Shown piece after piece: positions 38,647 through 50,876 of a DNA stretch of 64,000 nt. The DNA is taken from contig NW_027361700.1 in NCBI RefSeq assembly GCF_039654945.1, positions 17,856,001 to 17,920,000 on the forward strand. The letters are read 5' to 3'. Each line of letters starts with the position of its first letter. Positions within the stretch are counted from its first letter, which is position 1. The translations under genes and the position numbers were made by a program. This stretch comes from Dendrobates tinctorius (lineage: Eukaryota). The notes under the pieces were generated by a model, which saw only the letters and a list, made by a program, of their open reading frames with translations, was not told the DNA's origin and did no database searches.

Positions 38647-40788
38647 TAACTGACTATAGACATAGGACGTTAGTCCAGCACATCCATAAAATCTAGGCAT
38701 TACAAGCCGATACACAGAGCCATTGTATCACATACAGAATTAGTGACTATGGATGACAAATGTAGTCTCACTTTTTAGTTCCAGGGTGGGAAAAGCGCTT
38801 TGATGTATTGATGAGCTATTCTATTTCAGACCAGTGGCGGTCCAACTCCCAGCAATCCAGATATAATCAGTGCACAGAGCTGGAACAACACAGTTATGTA
38901 CTGTTTCATAGCCATTTTCACATTCTGCAGCTCATATCCTTTAGAATAGCAGTGGCGATGCAGCATCGGAAAAGGGCACTGCACTATGTTGAGAGCTATT
39001 CCATTCCAACTCCATTACTATTAAGCCGAGGTCACACTTGCAAGACACTCGCATCAATACCCGGCACTGCCGCCGGCACTCTGGATCGGAGCGCTCAGCT
39101 ACATAGAAATACATGCAGCCGCACGCTCCAGTCCCGAGTTTCTAGCATTGCACTCGGCCTTAGCCTACTACTTCTTAAAAATAGTTCCTCAGTGGGGACC
39201 AGGCCCCCAAGTTCTGAATATATAAGGCTGTGTGCACACGCTGCGGATTCATCCGTGTGGATTTTGCAAAGTAAACCGCTGCGGAATCCGCAGAAAGAAT
39301 TGACATGCAATTCTTTCGGCGGATTTGAAACCACACGGAAAATTCCGCAGCATCTGCACAGCGGTTTTTGATTTCCATAGGTTAGAATGCTACTGTACAC
39401 CGCAGCAAAAACTACCTCACTTGCTATGAACGCCAACCACAGGGCAGCATTCACAGCAAGCCAGCAGTGACAAACAGGTTTCCAGGAGACCTCTAGTTGT
39501 CATGCCACTCCATCAGTGACCCGCAATCACTTGACGGGGGTCACCGATGGCTGGAAGCACGAGTTAAATACCGCTGTCAGAGTTGACAGTGGCATTTAAC
39601 GGATTAATAGCCGCAGGTGGATCGCGATTCCACTCGCAGCTGTTACGGACACGTCAGCTGTTCAAAACGTGTCAGGAAAGACGTGGGCTCACCGGCAGAG
39701 CCCACATCAAAGGGAGAGAAGAGACTTGCCCTGTACTAGTACCACGCAGGTTGTAAAGGGAAATATGTAGGCATACTTAATATTAGGATGTATTTAATAG
39801 CAAAATACACCATGCGTGAGGGAACAAGTGCATTTATTATTGGCCTGTACCGTAGCATACGATGTAATAGTTTTCAGATTAGGGTACGTGCCCACAACCT
39901 GGAGTTGCTGCGGGTTTGAGGCTGCATACTTATGCAGCGTCAAAGCCGCAGCAGCCAGATGTTACAGCATAGTGGATGGAATTTAAAGAAATCCCATTTC
40001 CACTATGCGTCCAGATGCCCAGCGGAGACCGACATGTGGCGTGTCTTCCCAGCCCGCAGCATGGCAATTTCTTTTACGAAGACACTAGTCTCCACAAGAG
40101 AAATTACATCAATAGAATGTATTAAAACAAAGTGAGGCCGTACACATTTACCTGTGCTCAATAGAAAGCAGCGATATGGAAGCAGCAAAACATGCGCTGC
40201 TAGTTCCTGATGATGGGCACCTGACCTTAATGGGCCCACTTAAACACAGGATACCTATGAAACATTGTGGTCTGCATTTAAGCATCTATTTAATACATCC
40301 ATCGATATGTGATCCACCCTGGCAAGTTATTTGGTATTTAACATTGTCTGGATGTTAGTGTTTTGGTCCCGTAATAGGGGCAGACAGGTTAAGCCGTTGT
40401 GTAGCAGGATTTCCCTTTGCATATTGTGTAGCGTGCCAACCTCCGCAGCAAGGCAGGGACAACAGATCTTAGGGTCCTTGAGCATCCTTTTTGCCATGGG
40501 GTATTTCCAGACACATCTAATGGCCTACTGTAGTTTCTCTTTTTTTGAAGCTATAATAAAAGTGATGTTATCATGACCATTTGTATACAGAGTATATTCG
40601 GTGAACTTGAATTATTTGTCTTGTACTTTTTGAATCTATACTCTGATCTCATAGTGAAGGTAGCAACAATGGCATTTGATCACAGGTATGGACCCCAAGT
40701 AGTCCTAACGTGTGCTATGCAGAACCTCACGTACTGGCATTAACACAACTTAGCATTTGTAAGATGCAAGTCATTTGTACAAAGCAAA

Positions 40789-40921
40789 GATTGTAACATC
40801 ACGGATTGAAGCAGTACAGCACATGTAGCTGTCCCTTCACCCAAACGTAATGTATTCATCTCCTCTTCCACGACAACTCATTATGCCACTGTGAGGACAC
40901 AACAAGTGCTTTAAGAAGAGG
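40789..40921 (-). ncRNA. SNORA21: SNORA21 H/ACA snoRNA copy located downstream of the RPL23 poly(A) signal
   Basis: 133 nt, two hairpins, H box AGATGA, ACA+3 nt; shares AAAGCACT, TTTGGGTGAAG and TGCTTCAATC with vertebrate SNORA21; 3 differences from the intron-4 copy. Confidence 0.85.
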
Positions 40922-41673
40922 CAACAGAAACTGTGCATTTCCTTTCTAATAGGCAATTATCCCCCTCAGGTAACAAGTGAGGGTCTCATTCATTGTTTGC
41001 TAGTACATATTTTCCTAGCAGTATGCTAATAATACAAAAAGGGTTTTACAAGGGGAGGAAATAATGAAGAACCAAAAAACACAAATTAGCTATGTCTGAA
41101 AGAAATTAAGTATATAGGAAGAGAGGTCCACAAGTAGCTGTCAGACAAATGGTCTTGTTTGGGTAACCTAGTCTTTGTACAACGGGCCTCCTATGACACA
41201 AGTGGTGTTGTTCTTCCAGAAGTATCCAACATTGCAGGGCTGTAACTTTCTTTTTTTGTCCACAAACTTATGAGGATTTGTTTTTTGCGGGACAAGTTGT
41301 ACTTTTGAATTACACCATTCATTTTACCATGGCAACAACAGACTTGTCTTTTATTTTAGTGGTGGCAAAAGAATAGTTGTGTAGCCATTTTCCTCAAGAC
41401 CCATAACATTTTACATTTTTTGGTCAATGGAGCGGTTTGATACCAACTCACCATCAGCAGAGCTGTTGTAACCCCCCAGCCTACTACCGCCTCACCATTA
41501 CCCCATAACACTAAGCCCACAAGAACAGGGTTCTCCCTCCTTTGTACCAGTCTGTTATTGTTAGTTTGTTCATTGTAAAATATATATTAGTATGCAAACC
41601 CTTTTCATGTCCAGCACCATGAAATCAATGGTACCCCAAAAATAGCAATTTAGCCTAACAACTCATTGCCTAA

Positions 41674-41992
41674 GGCTATGTGCACACACTTCGGTTTTTG
41701 CTGCGGATCCACTGCGGTTTTGGCCGCAACAGTTCTGCAGACCGTGTACAGTAGCATGCAAGTCTATGAGATTTACATTCTGCTGTGCACATGCTGCGGA
41801 TTTTTAACTGCGGAAAAGCTGCGGTTTTGAATCCGCAGAAAGAAATGTGACTTCTTTTCTGCGGATTCTGCTGCGGTTTACCATCTCCTCCATTGTAGAG
41901 GTGATAAACTGCAGGGCAAAACCGCAGGTCATTTTACCTGCGGTTCCGCAGATAAAAATCCGCTGACCAATCCGCAGCGTGTGCACATAGCC
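41674..41992. mobile_element. Harbinger-like MITE
   Basis: TAA|GGCTATGTGCACAC ... GTGTGCACATAGCC|TAA. Confidence 0.8.
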
Positions 41993-42096
41993 TAATAGTT
42001 CTTACAATCACTACAAAAGCCCAATTAGCCTCCACATTTCTCAAATTCCTCCCTTATCAAATAAGAACACTCTTTGGTACAACCAGATTTTGATAT

Positions 42097-42102
42097 TTTA
42101 TT
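42097..42102 (-). terminator. RPL23 poly(A) signal AATAAA
   Basis: AATAAA 16 nt after the stop codon. Confidence 0.8.
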
Positions 42103-42118
42103 GTACAAAGGTATTGGG

Positions 42119-42268
<150 letters not shown>

Positions 42269-42391
42269 TTAAAACAGTATAAAAAACAAGACATGTAATG
42301 TTTTGTTCAATCTATAGCACACACAAAAAAAATTCTATGTATTGTATTATGACACTATCACCTACACAAGTGGGTATTTGTACAAGGCAAA

Positions 42392-42525
42392 GATTGTAAC
42401 ATCACGGATTGAAGTAGTACAGCACATGTAGCTGCCCCTTCACCCAAACGTAATGTATTCATCTCCTCTTCCACGACAACTCATTATGCCACTGTGAGGA
42501 CACAACAAGTGCTTTAAAGAAGAGG
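42392..42525 (-). ncRNA. SNORA21: SNORA21 in RPL23 intron 4
   Basis: H box AGATGA and ACA box, sense to the host; RPL23 is the known host of SNORA21. Confidence 0.92.
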
Positions 42526-44723
42526 CAACAGAAATTATGCATTTCCCTTCTAATAGGTGATTATCTCCCTAGGCAACAAGTGTAGGTGAATCAGCTAGAT
42601 GAGAATGGCAGCTGCTGCCAAGAATTATACAAGACAAATGCTAAAAAAGAAAATGGAAAGATGGTGAAAAAAAAAAAATATAATAGTAGTTGTTGAATGG
42701 CAAAAGGGACCTACCAACTATTTTGGTGCCTAAATTATAAAGTTCATAATAAATACATTTTGACATGTCATAAGGTTTGATTACTGGTGGTCTGGAGTAA
42801 GAGACTACTACCAATCAAAAATCACGAGGGCAAAAACTCAGGTACAGCTCTCCTCCGACACCAACGACTGGCTCTACAGACTTTCCATACTGCCCTTCTT
42901 CAGGGTGGGAGGAGAGCACTAATTATCTAAGCTTTTCTGCTCCTTCCTTTAAAAAAGATTGTCTCAGTTTCCACTTTAGAAGCGCACATATTCCCTTCCT
43001 CCTGGCTTCTTGCTTGATAGATCGTATCAATGACATCTGAGCACCTCTGTGCTCCCAATTCTGCTAGTAGTGACAGCTTGACCTCTGCAGCATCAGAGAA
43101 GTACAGGGCCACTAAAGCTGGAACAGCTCCATAGCAAAGAGTTTACATGCATGCACTCATCGCCTACAAAACCGATCTGATCAGAGACTGCAGTGGTGAC
43201 AAGCAACTTCGGCAACAAGCATCACACAACAGAATGAAAAACCCCTCTGTTCTTGTGAGCACAGAATTTTTCAATTTTCTTCAATAGCATATTTCAAATT
43301 TATCTATTTGAAATGAAGAAATGTCTTTAGGGCGCAGTCAGACGGCCGTATTGCTCGGGTGTGGATCGCGTCGCAATCCTCGGATTGACCGGAGGCTCTT
43401 CTGACCGGAGAATGACAGCGAGTTTTTCTATGCAGCCGTCATGCTCCGATCAGGAGGGCAGACAGCCAGTCAGAGTATTGCGACGCGATCCTCAGGCAAG
43501 CAATACAACTATCTGACTGTGCCTTTATGCAAAGACATGCAGACCCTATTTGGTAAAAGTTTCTTTTTAAAATGACAAGTTATATGTTAAGGTATGGTCA
43601 CCATGGGATTGAGAAGTCATCTTAATCCACTAACAGGCAATGGGGCTGTGGAACAATGTTCCTTTCAATGTAATCAATTTAATCTCAGAATCAGTTTATT
43701 TAGGAATAATGGGAACTGGACCATGCAAATAGTTTTACATCCCAGGAGCTATCTATTCTGGTGGTCATACCCAGAATATAAAGTCCAAAAGAGGAACTAC
43801 TATACTGACCATGGAAACAGAAATCTAAATTTATTCATCTCTATTTTGCATACACTGAATTTCGTTCCAAACTATCATTAAACACAATAAAAGGATCCTT
43901 ATCAATGCAATATTTTGCCTTATGCAAAGTGTGGGCAAATGTCCTCCTTTTTAATTTAAATGTGCTGTTCTTTTTAATATTGTAAATGTACAATGCAATG
44001 TCATGAACATGGGATACTAAAAGCAAAGACATGCATGAACCAGGAAGTTGTATCCTATTGACAATTTACAGATGAATTATGTAGTTTCACTGCCTTCAGT
44101 AGCCTTTAAGCAAATTTGGAAGTAGTTAGGTTATCTGAAGCTAGACAATACACTAGGCACTAAATTTGTACAATACATGGCTAAAAGTAACTTATTGCGT
44201 GACAAATAAGTTGAATGTAAAAGGTTTAATGATGCAACTTATCAGACTCCAAAAACGAATTTAGATGAAACAATCCATGCTCGAACAAACGTTAATGACA
44301 GTATTATTAGAGAGCCTGCAAAACAGAGGTTAAGGACCCCCAATCCATACATGGGTTCAGGAACTTGTAAACACGGCATAAAATTCTAATATGGGGATAA
44401 CCCTTTGAAGCAGTCAACGGAGATTTTCCTGTGTAGCTACTTTTACACTGTGTTGCCAGTAAGCATATGCTCAGAAATAAGAGATAGCTAAAGTTTTGTT
44501 TCATAGAACTGCAGAGTTTCGTGTAGGCTGATTGTTTAGTGCTCTAATGGATGAGAAAATTGGAAACTACCATCTAAAAGCCTATCAACTCTATCAAACA
44601 TTTCCTATAGGAGGTCATTGAATCATATCAAAATATAACTGACTGACCTAAATTTACAGATTCCAAGTAAACTCCTTATAATAAAGGAAACCACTACCAA
44701 TTGTCAAGAGCTTTCTATAATCA

Positions 44724-45047
<324 letters not shown>

Positions 45048-45565
45048 TCACTTTTTTTTGTCAGTATGCAGATTTTTTCATTTCAATGGGGGGTTGGTAA
45101 ACGACATATACAACTATGTAGAATAAAGTTTCAAATCAGGAATATAGCGATTTATAGGTACAATTGGGTAGGTAAGCCATGAAGCATGGAAACCAAAACA
45201 GAATCCATCAGCTCTTCAGTACCGGGTGTTATATGGACTAGGTTTTTCGATAAGAATACAATTAGATCAGGAAACCGTTGTCACCTCGGACTAAAAACTG
45301 GGGAAGTGCCTCATGGAGTCTTTGGTCCATGCAATCATAAGACTCCTGCCGTCCCATGGACATCCAGGATCAGGAATTGATGTCATACCAAATTATCAAT
45401 AAGGATATACAGCATATGCAATTCTGGTCTTAAAAAGCATTTTGGAAAAGCATGGCAAAGTCACAGTGATCACTTTGAAATATTACTGAATGAAAACCTT
45501 GTTCTATTCACGTGTAACCAAAAAACGCAAAGACAAAAAAAACAAATGTAAACAACTTGACCTTA

Positions 45566-45820
<255 letters not shown>

Positions 45821-45839
45821 CTAATAAAAAAAAAAAAAA

Positions 45840-46146
<307 letters not shown>

Positions 46147-46780
46147 TCACATTTAATCATCTATCCCCTAGTACATCTTTATTTTTATTACTCTGTAGTG
46201 GCAGACCTCACAGGGGCTATTTCACTATGAATCTTGAGAAGCACATCACCCCTCTGCATCTCTGATTACCGATTTGCCGGAGGCAGCGTGATCCTGATAA
46301 AGGCTCAAACCAATGGTATGGTTGTGCTGTTGGTCCGAACTAAGCGCACTCTTCTAATTTGCAAGCAGATGCGGCTTTGCCTCCGCAGCATAGGACAAGT
46401 GTAGGGGGACTGAGGCTGGTCAGATACAGCGAGCTTCAGATGAGCACATGCTGTGAAGCATAGCGCATGCTTGTGCTTTGCACTCTTTCACATGAACTTT
46501 AAAATTAAAAGATTGCTCCGTTATTGAAAACTGATTTTTTTTTTTTAAAAGAGGTAAATTGCACAGTTGCTTGGTTTTACAAGCACTTAGTAATTTCACA
46601 CATTCAGGAATCTGAAACAACCCATTTAAGGTTACACAACTCAAAACTACAAATGGGGGCTGATTAAAGGGTCATTCCCAAGATAGTAGTTATCACCTAT
46701 CCCTAGGATAGGGGAAAAAAACTTAGTGATTGCATGTGGAATGCCCTGACTTCCATGACCCACAAGGATCTAGACGAGTA

Positions 46781-47133
46781 AGGGTACCGTTAGACTTAGC
46801 GATGCACCAGCGATCCCGACCAGCGATATGACGCGGTCAGGATCGCTGGTGCATCGCTAAGTGGTCGCTAGTGAGCTGCCACACAGGCAGATCTCACCAG
46901 CGGTTGGTACTTACCTGTCAGACGCGGTGATCCTGACGTCCTCATCCCGCGTCGCTCGTCGGCGCCACAGGAAGCGCCCGACGAGAAATGGTCCAGGACG
47001 ATCTCGTGCGATCAGCGATAACCAGCGGGTGAGCCGGTCGGAGGAATCACATGTAGCGATATCGCTAGCAATATCACTGCTATGTCACAAAATCGGTGAC
47101 TTTACAGCGATATTGCAGTGTGTAACGGGCGCT
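46781..47133. mobile_element. CpG-rich TA-TSD MITE, copy 3, in RPL23 intron 1
   Basis: TA|AGGGTACCGTTAGAC ... GTGTAACGGGCGCT|TA. Confidence 0.8.
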
Positions 47134-47766
47134 TAAGGGGCTCCCTGAACACAGGCTCTGAAAAGCCTCATCTTAAAACATTGTGGAGGTGCACACACTT
47201 GACCACCACTCCATTCATTGTTGAAGGAACTTCTAGAGGTAACCTAGTACAGCTCACATCCAAGCAAGGGCCCTGATCTTGGGATCGCTGAGGGATCAAG
47301 CCCTGGCAATAAATAAAATCTATCGTGTGTGTAGGGGACAACCTTTTAATGTATGGCGCGGTAGGAAGTGGCGGGGTTGCGCTCCCATCTCCACAGACAC
47401 TACATATTACATAGGACAGCACATTCTGGCTACAGGATAAAACACCCGGTAAGGATGGGAGAATGGCCGGGTGACCATAGCCTGGCAAGATATGGGCACT
47501 TACCACATATGACATGTTACCAGCATGGCGGAAGCATACTGCACGCTGCATACCTCCAACACATACACTGGGGCCTCAAACATGGCTCTGCAGGCCTCCG
47601 TCCTCTGCTCCACTACTACAGCCTCAATGTCGGACCAGCCGTTCCGAACTCTCAACCCATAGTCACAGCCACAGCAAATAAAGAGGAGCGACGAAAGGAA
47701 GCGGTCAGACACGACTCGTGCTAAGAGGATGGCGGCGGATTACACCGCGGCGCTCGCGAACCTTAC

Positions 47767-47779
47767 CTCTCTTAGACAT
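47767..47779 (-). CDS. RPL23: RPL23 exon 1 coding part (MSKR)
   Basis: ATG TCT AAG AGA G|gtaagg. Confidence 0.96.
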
Positions 47780-47789
47780 CTTGGTTCCC

Positions 47790-47900
47790 GGAAAGAGAAA
47801 GCAGCGCGCAAAGGATGCCGGGATATAGCTGCAGCCACAGAGCGAGCAGGGTGGGTGTGTCACGTGACGCGTGGTTGGCGGCGCTCCTATTACGTATTGC
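47790..47900 (-). promoter_or_regulatory. RPL23 TCT/5'TOP initiator and promoter
   Basis: CTTTCTCTTTCC at 47801-47790 just upstream of the ATG; palindromic E-box GTCACGTGAC (~47859-47868); YY1-like GCCGCCAT at the start of intron 1 (~47729). Confidence 0.85.
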
Positions 47901-50876
47901 CAATCTTCCTGTTAGTGAGACATAGTGACAAGGCTTCCACGGTTCTTAGCGTAAAGAAAGTAGAGTTTAGACGTTATGAAATGGAGTGAACTCATGACCG
48001 AAGCTGGTAGAGATTTCACTGAAGTAAATGAGGGTGTTACTTAATAAAGGCAACCTTGTGGTTTGTTGCAGTGTAATATAAGGGGATTTTTTGGAATTTT
48101 ACAATCTGGGCAAAGCAACTAAGGCCACGTTCACACATTCAGTATTCAGTGAGTATTTTACCTCAGTATCTGTATGCCAAATCCAGGAGTGGGTGATAAA
48201 TCCAGAAGTGGTGACGTGTTTCTATTATACTTTTCCTCTGACTGTTCCACTCCTGGTTTTGGCTTACAAATACTGAGGTAAAATACTGACCAAATACTGA
48301 ACGTGTGAACGTGGCCCAGGAGTTGTGACAAACTTTTGCAACTTTCATTTTGATGCCACAGCTCATTCTGACTCAGGAGCATCTGACTCCACCACATAAG
48401 TTACGTAACCTCATCAAGACCAGTGGGAAAAATCACCAGTCTTGAACAATCGGTCCCTGGGGTTTTTAAGGTTTTTTGGAACCATAACTGAGCAAAAACG
48501 TTCCAAAACCTCTCCACGTCTCAAAACTCCAAAAAAACGTTGCGCTTCCACTCAGAAAACTCAGCAAAAACACTCGGTGTGAACATAGCCTTCAAAGGAT
48601 TTTTAAGCGTTTTTTTCCCCACACAGTGTTTTGCCCACCTTCTGACTTGGCATTGTCAAGTTTGGAGCAGATTCCATGATGAATTCACGCCAAATAAGTG
48701 ACGTCACTATTTTTTCTTTCCATTACAAGGATTTCAAAACCTCAAAAAAAAATCACTTTATAAACAGCAAAGTGGATTTTCCATCTAATTGAGTATTGAG
48801 AGAGTATATGAAGAATTTTTAAATGATTTTGAAACAATTAGCTCCCAAATCTTGCTAAGAAAAACACAAAAAAGCTTCATTTTGTTAACGTTCTTTTCAC
48901 TTTGCATTCATTTTAATGGAAAATGCACTTTTCTATCCATTCAAAGATTTTTTTTAGTTTTTTTTTCCCCCATGGGGTTTTGAAAAACTTGCCACAGAAA
49001 AAATGACCTGCCACTTTTTTTAGGTAAACGTTTCATGGAAACTACTTCACACTGACAGTCATAACACTTCTGAAAAAAAAATCTGTCAAATTGCTCTTCA
49101 AGGAAAAAAAAAAAGAAAAGGAGCATTTCTTGATGAGGATTTCTCTTGAAAAAAATTGCCAAATTTTTCCTCCTCTTAAAATCAGTGTGCCTTCCCCTTG
49201 AATTACCAGTACAGCAGTGATAGCGTCCCGTCCATCATTCCTGTGACCAATGCAGCAATTCACAGGTCAGACATCATCACTGCAGTATCTGATTCTAGGG
49301 ATAAATAATGTTGATCTCTTTATTTTTTTTAGCATTCCTTTCTCTTTGCTCTTTTTTAAAAAAAAAAAATAAAAGCTCGGAGAATCCTTTAGGCTTCACT
49401 GTTTTGTCAATATTTTACATCAGCATTTGTAAGCCAAAATCAGGAGTGGAACAGTCAGAAAAAGTATGATAGAAACACTGCTCCGCGTCTGCATTTTTCA
49501 CCCACTCCTGGTTTGGGCTTATAAATACTGATGTAAAATACTGACCGTGTGAATATGGCCTAAGGCTAGTTTCACACTAGTGTTCGGGAGGACTGCGTAC
49601 TTCCTCCTTTCGTCCTGTGTTAAGCCTCGCCCACTGCTGCACCTCTCCAATTCAGCTCCGCCTTTTGTCGGCATGCGTCCTGCATACCTATCTTTAGCAT
49701 TGGGTACTCAGGCCATGCGAATGTATGTGGATGCCTGCGCATGCGTCGTTTTGACACTGCACCGACCACAACAAAATGCAACATTTTGTGTTCGGCGCAG
49801 TTCGGTTTGACGCTGTCATGGCTGCCTAACTTTACATCTCCCCGGTTTTAATCTGGTGTTGTCAGTGACAGACTGGGAGTGAAATTCAACCATGGCATTT
49901 GAAAACACATCAGTCGATACTGTTCCTCCCCGATTCTCCGTCTCAGCTGCACCCTGAGGACGCTGATGCTGTTAATAGGATAGCAGACAAATCAGCCCAC
50001 AACTGGACCAGCCCGTCTGGCATTTGCCAGAATTGCCAGATGACCAGTCTGGCCCTGGGTGTTGTCCTTGTCAATCCACATGAAAGATTTAATTGCTAAA
50101 GACAGACTGTCAGTGTGTTCTGACTTCTCATTGCTCCTTAAAGAGGGTTGTTCACTGATAAGATATCGTTTACATCTTCCTAAGATTGGTCATCAATATC
50201 AGATTAGTGGGGGTCTGACTTCAGGGACTCTCACCGATCAGCTTTTATCAGCTTTGCAGAGCAGCTTCATAGGCTCAATGTTCAGAGCCAGAACATTATC
50301 TTTCCATACACCGTTCAGTAGCAGTTCATGAGTACTTCAGCTCAGGTAATACCGAAGTGAATTCATAGTGTGTCTGTAGGACTCTAAATGGCCAAAATTG
50401 TGCCTCCGACACAACTAAAACTTACTGTCCACAGTGACAAACTTGTATCTCTATCAGCGGATAAAACAACTCACAGTTCCTTTTCTTTAGAAGAATCATA
50501 CTCCTTTGTGGCCACCTTAGCCACCAGATCTTTCTCTTGCATCATGGTGTTCAGTCAGACACCTCAGACCTTGCTCCAGATTCCCTGAGTCAGGCTGGCA
50601 TCTGTCCACTCCCTGGGCAAATATTTACTTGAAGGTTATAAAGACTCTTTATGAGCTCAGGAGTGATGAGTATCATCATATGCCACAGGTCCTCTTTGCC
50701 AGACTAAGGCCTGTTTCACACATCCGTTTGACACCATCAGTCAAAATCCGCTGATTTGCAAAAAAAAACGGATCCGCCATTTATCTTGGCGGAGGATCCA
50801 TAGAATCATAGAATCGTAGAGTTGGAAGGGACCTCCTAGGCCATCTGGTCCAACCCCCTGCTCAAAGCAGGATTCA

